A stretch of DNA of 63,981 bases, counting the filler, from Gonapodya sp. JEL0774 (Eukaryota), in assembly GCA_027604505.1 (NCBI GenBank). It is 4 parts of 4 records of this genome, joined end to end, with 100 filler letters (N's around TTAATTAATTAA, not from the genome) between each part and the next. Parts side by side here need not be neighbours in the genome. Positions count along the whole stretch, not along the records: positions 48,840 to 63,981 come from JADIIX010000298.1; 3 more parts are not named here. One strand, 5' to 3'. The translations under genes and the position numbers were made by a program. Shown here one piece after another: positions 62,730 through 63,981 of the stretch (positions are counted from its first letter, which is position 1; each line of letters begins with the position of its first letter). A model generated the notes under the pieces. The model searched no databases. It had not been told where the DNA came from and worked only from the letters and a program-made list of their open reading frames with translations.

Positions 62730-63981
62730 TCATGAGCCCCTGCGTTGTAGCGGCGTGACGTCCTCAATGCTGGAGTTCGTGCTCGGAACGCTAGCGGTCC
62801 TACTCTTTTGAAACACGAGCATCACACTGCTGGCTGAACGTGTGACTGCCTGCATTTCTGGCGTGATACTTGATCGCTTGATGGTGCCGAAAACGTCGTC
62901 CATTTCTTCAAGGCGTTTTTGAGTCGTGTTTGGGATGTTAAAATAAATCCAAATGAATTGAGCCTGAGAGAATATTAGGAACTTTGTTGGAGATTTTCAA
63001 ATTTGAGAGTGAAAAGTTACAACGAACCACTATGAATGATCCAAATATGAGAAACTGATTGGCACCAAGATAGTTTGCATAGGGCTGGATCATTCGTTTC
63101 AAATGCGAAGGAAAGGGACGTGTAAATCCAACGCACAAAAATGAACGATGGCCCTACTCACCCAAACCTTAGCGACTGCAAAATTGAAGAACCAGTGCGA
63201 TGTTGCGGCAACTGTGGCACCTTTTCCTCGATACCGCAACGGGAATATTTCCGTACTGAGGATCCAACATACTATACCCTGGCTCATGGCGAAGGAAGCT
63301 ACGTAAACTACACAAACGAAATTACATAATTTGGTGAGCATGCCAAGTTTCACAAAAAGAATGTCGAAGCCATAGAATGCTCACCATACATGCTGAGTAT
63401 GCCGAGCACACCATAGATCCTTGCCCTCGTGAAATCATCGAACGATGAAGGTGGTGCGATTGTGGTATCGGACGCAGTCAAGGCAGCGTTAGCACTTTGC
63501 CCCGCCAGCGTTGCCTGGTACAAACTAATCGCGCGCATCGAGTGAAATTTCAAAGAACCTCGGAAAAACTTGGAGGAATGGCTCACTTGCCCCAGAGAAC
63601 CAGGCTGAACATTCCAATTGCACATCCTACGGAGCCAAATAGAAGCATTCGTCTCCGGCCAAGCCGTTGGCTATCAATCATGCTGGAGTAAAGGCGCATT
63701 GAACTTGAGTGTGATTTGATTTGCGATGGCAACGATCACTCACGATAGAGCCACAACCGTTGCTGCGACATTTACGACAGATTGAACGGTCGTCCCAACC
63801 TGAGCCGCAAGGTTTCTCGAGAGGCCCATTTCCATAAAGAATGACGACGAGTAGTACATGACGGCTTTGTACAGACCCGGGGAAAGTATCCAGCATCTCG
63901 CCGTAGCAAAATGATACAAGGGAACTCACCGTTGATGCCACTAAATTGCTGGAACATGAATATCAAAAAAGCAATCGCAGT
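62730..63981 (-). CDS. MFS sugar porter (3' part)
   Basis: FQQFSGIN, FAMSQGIVCWILSTEIFPLRYRGKG, SHWFFNFAVAK, PNTTQKRLEEMDDVFG; stop at 62730. Confidence 0.92.

Overview
Eukaryotic, intron-rich genomic DNA with short GT-AG introns, most likely from an early-diverging (zoosporic, chytrid-like) fungus; the taxon is my inference. The ORF track fragments most genes, so I rebuilt exon structures by hand. Recognisable genes: an AKR6/Kv-beta-like aldo-keto reductase (5' part), endonuclease V, RPS27 (missed by the ORF track), NOG2 (5' end lost in a gap), a short PPR protein, two Ser/Thr kinases, a GATA factor, an MFSD1-like transporter, two tandem cAMP-receptor-like GPCRs, MRT4 and a sugar porter (3' part). 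There is also a carboxylesterase pseudogene and four assembly gaps. The best-supported hidden element is an H/ACA snoRNA of the snR191/U19 type inside a long NOG2 intron, with both guide pockets readable. Long structured introns in MRT4 and RPS27 may hold further RNAs. Unusual protein architectures include a Cys-repeat/ricin-like/TM/SH3 receptor, an F-box fused to an XPA-like domain, an ankyrin-like/coiled-coil/SH3 protein and a protein with a duplicated unknown domain. No database searches were run.
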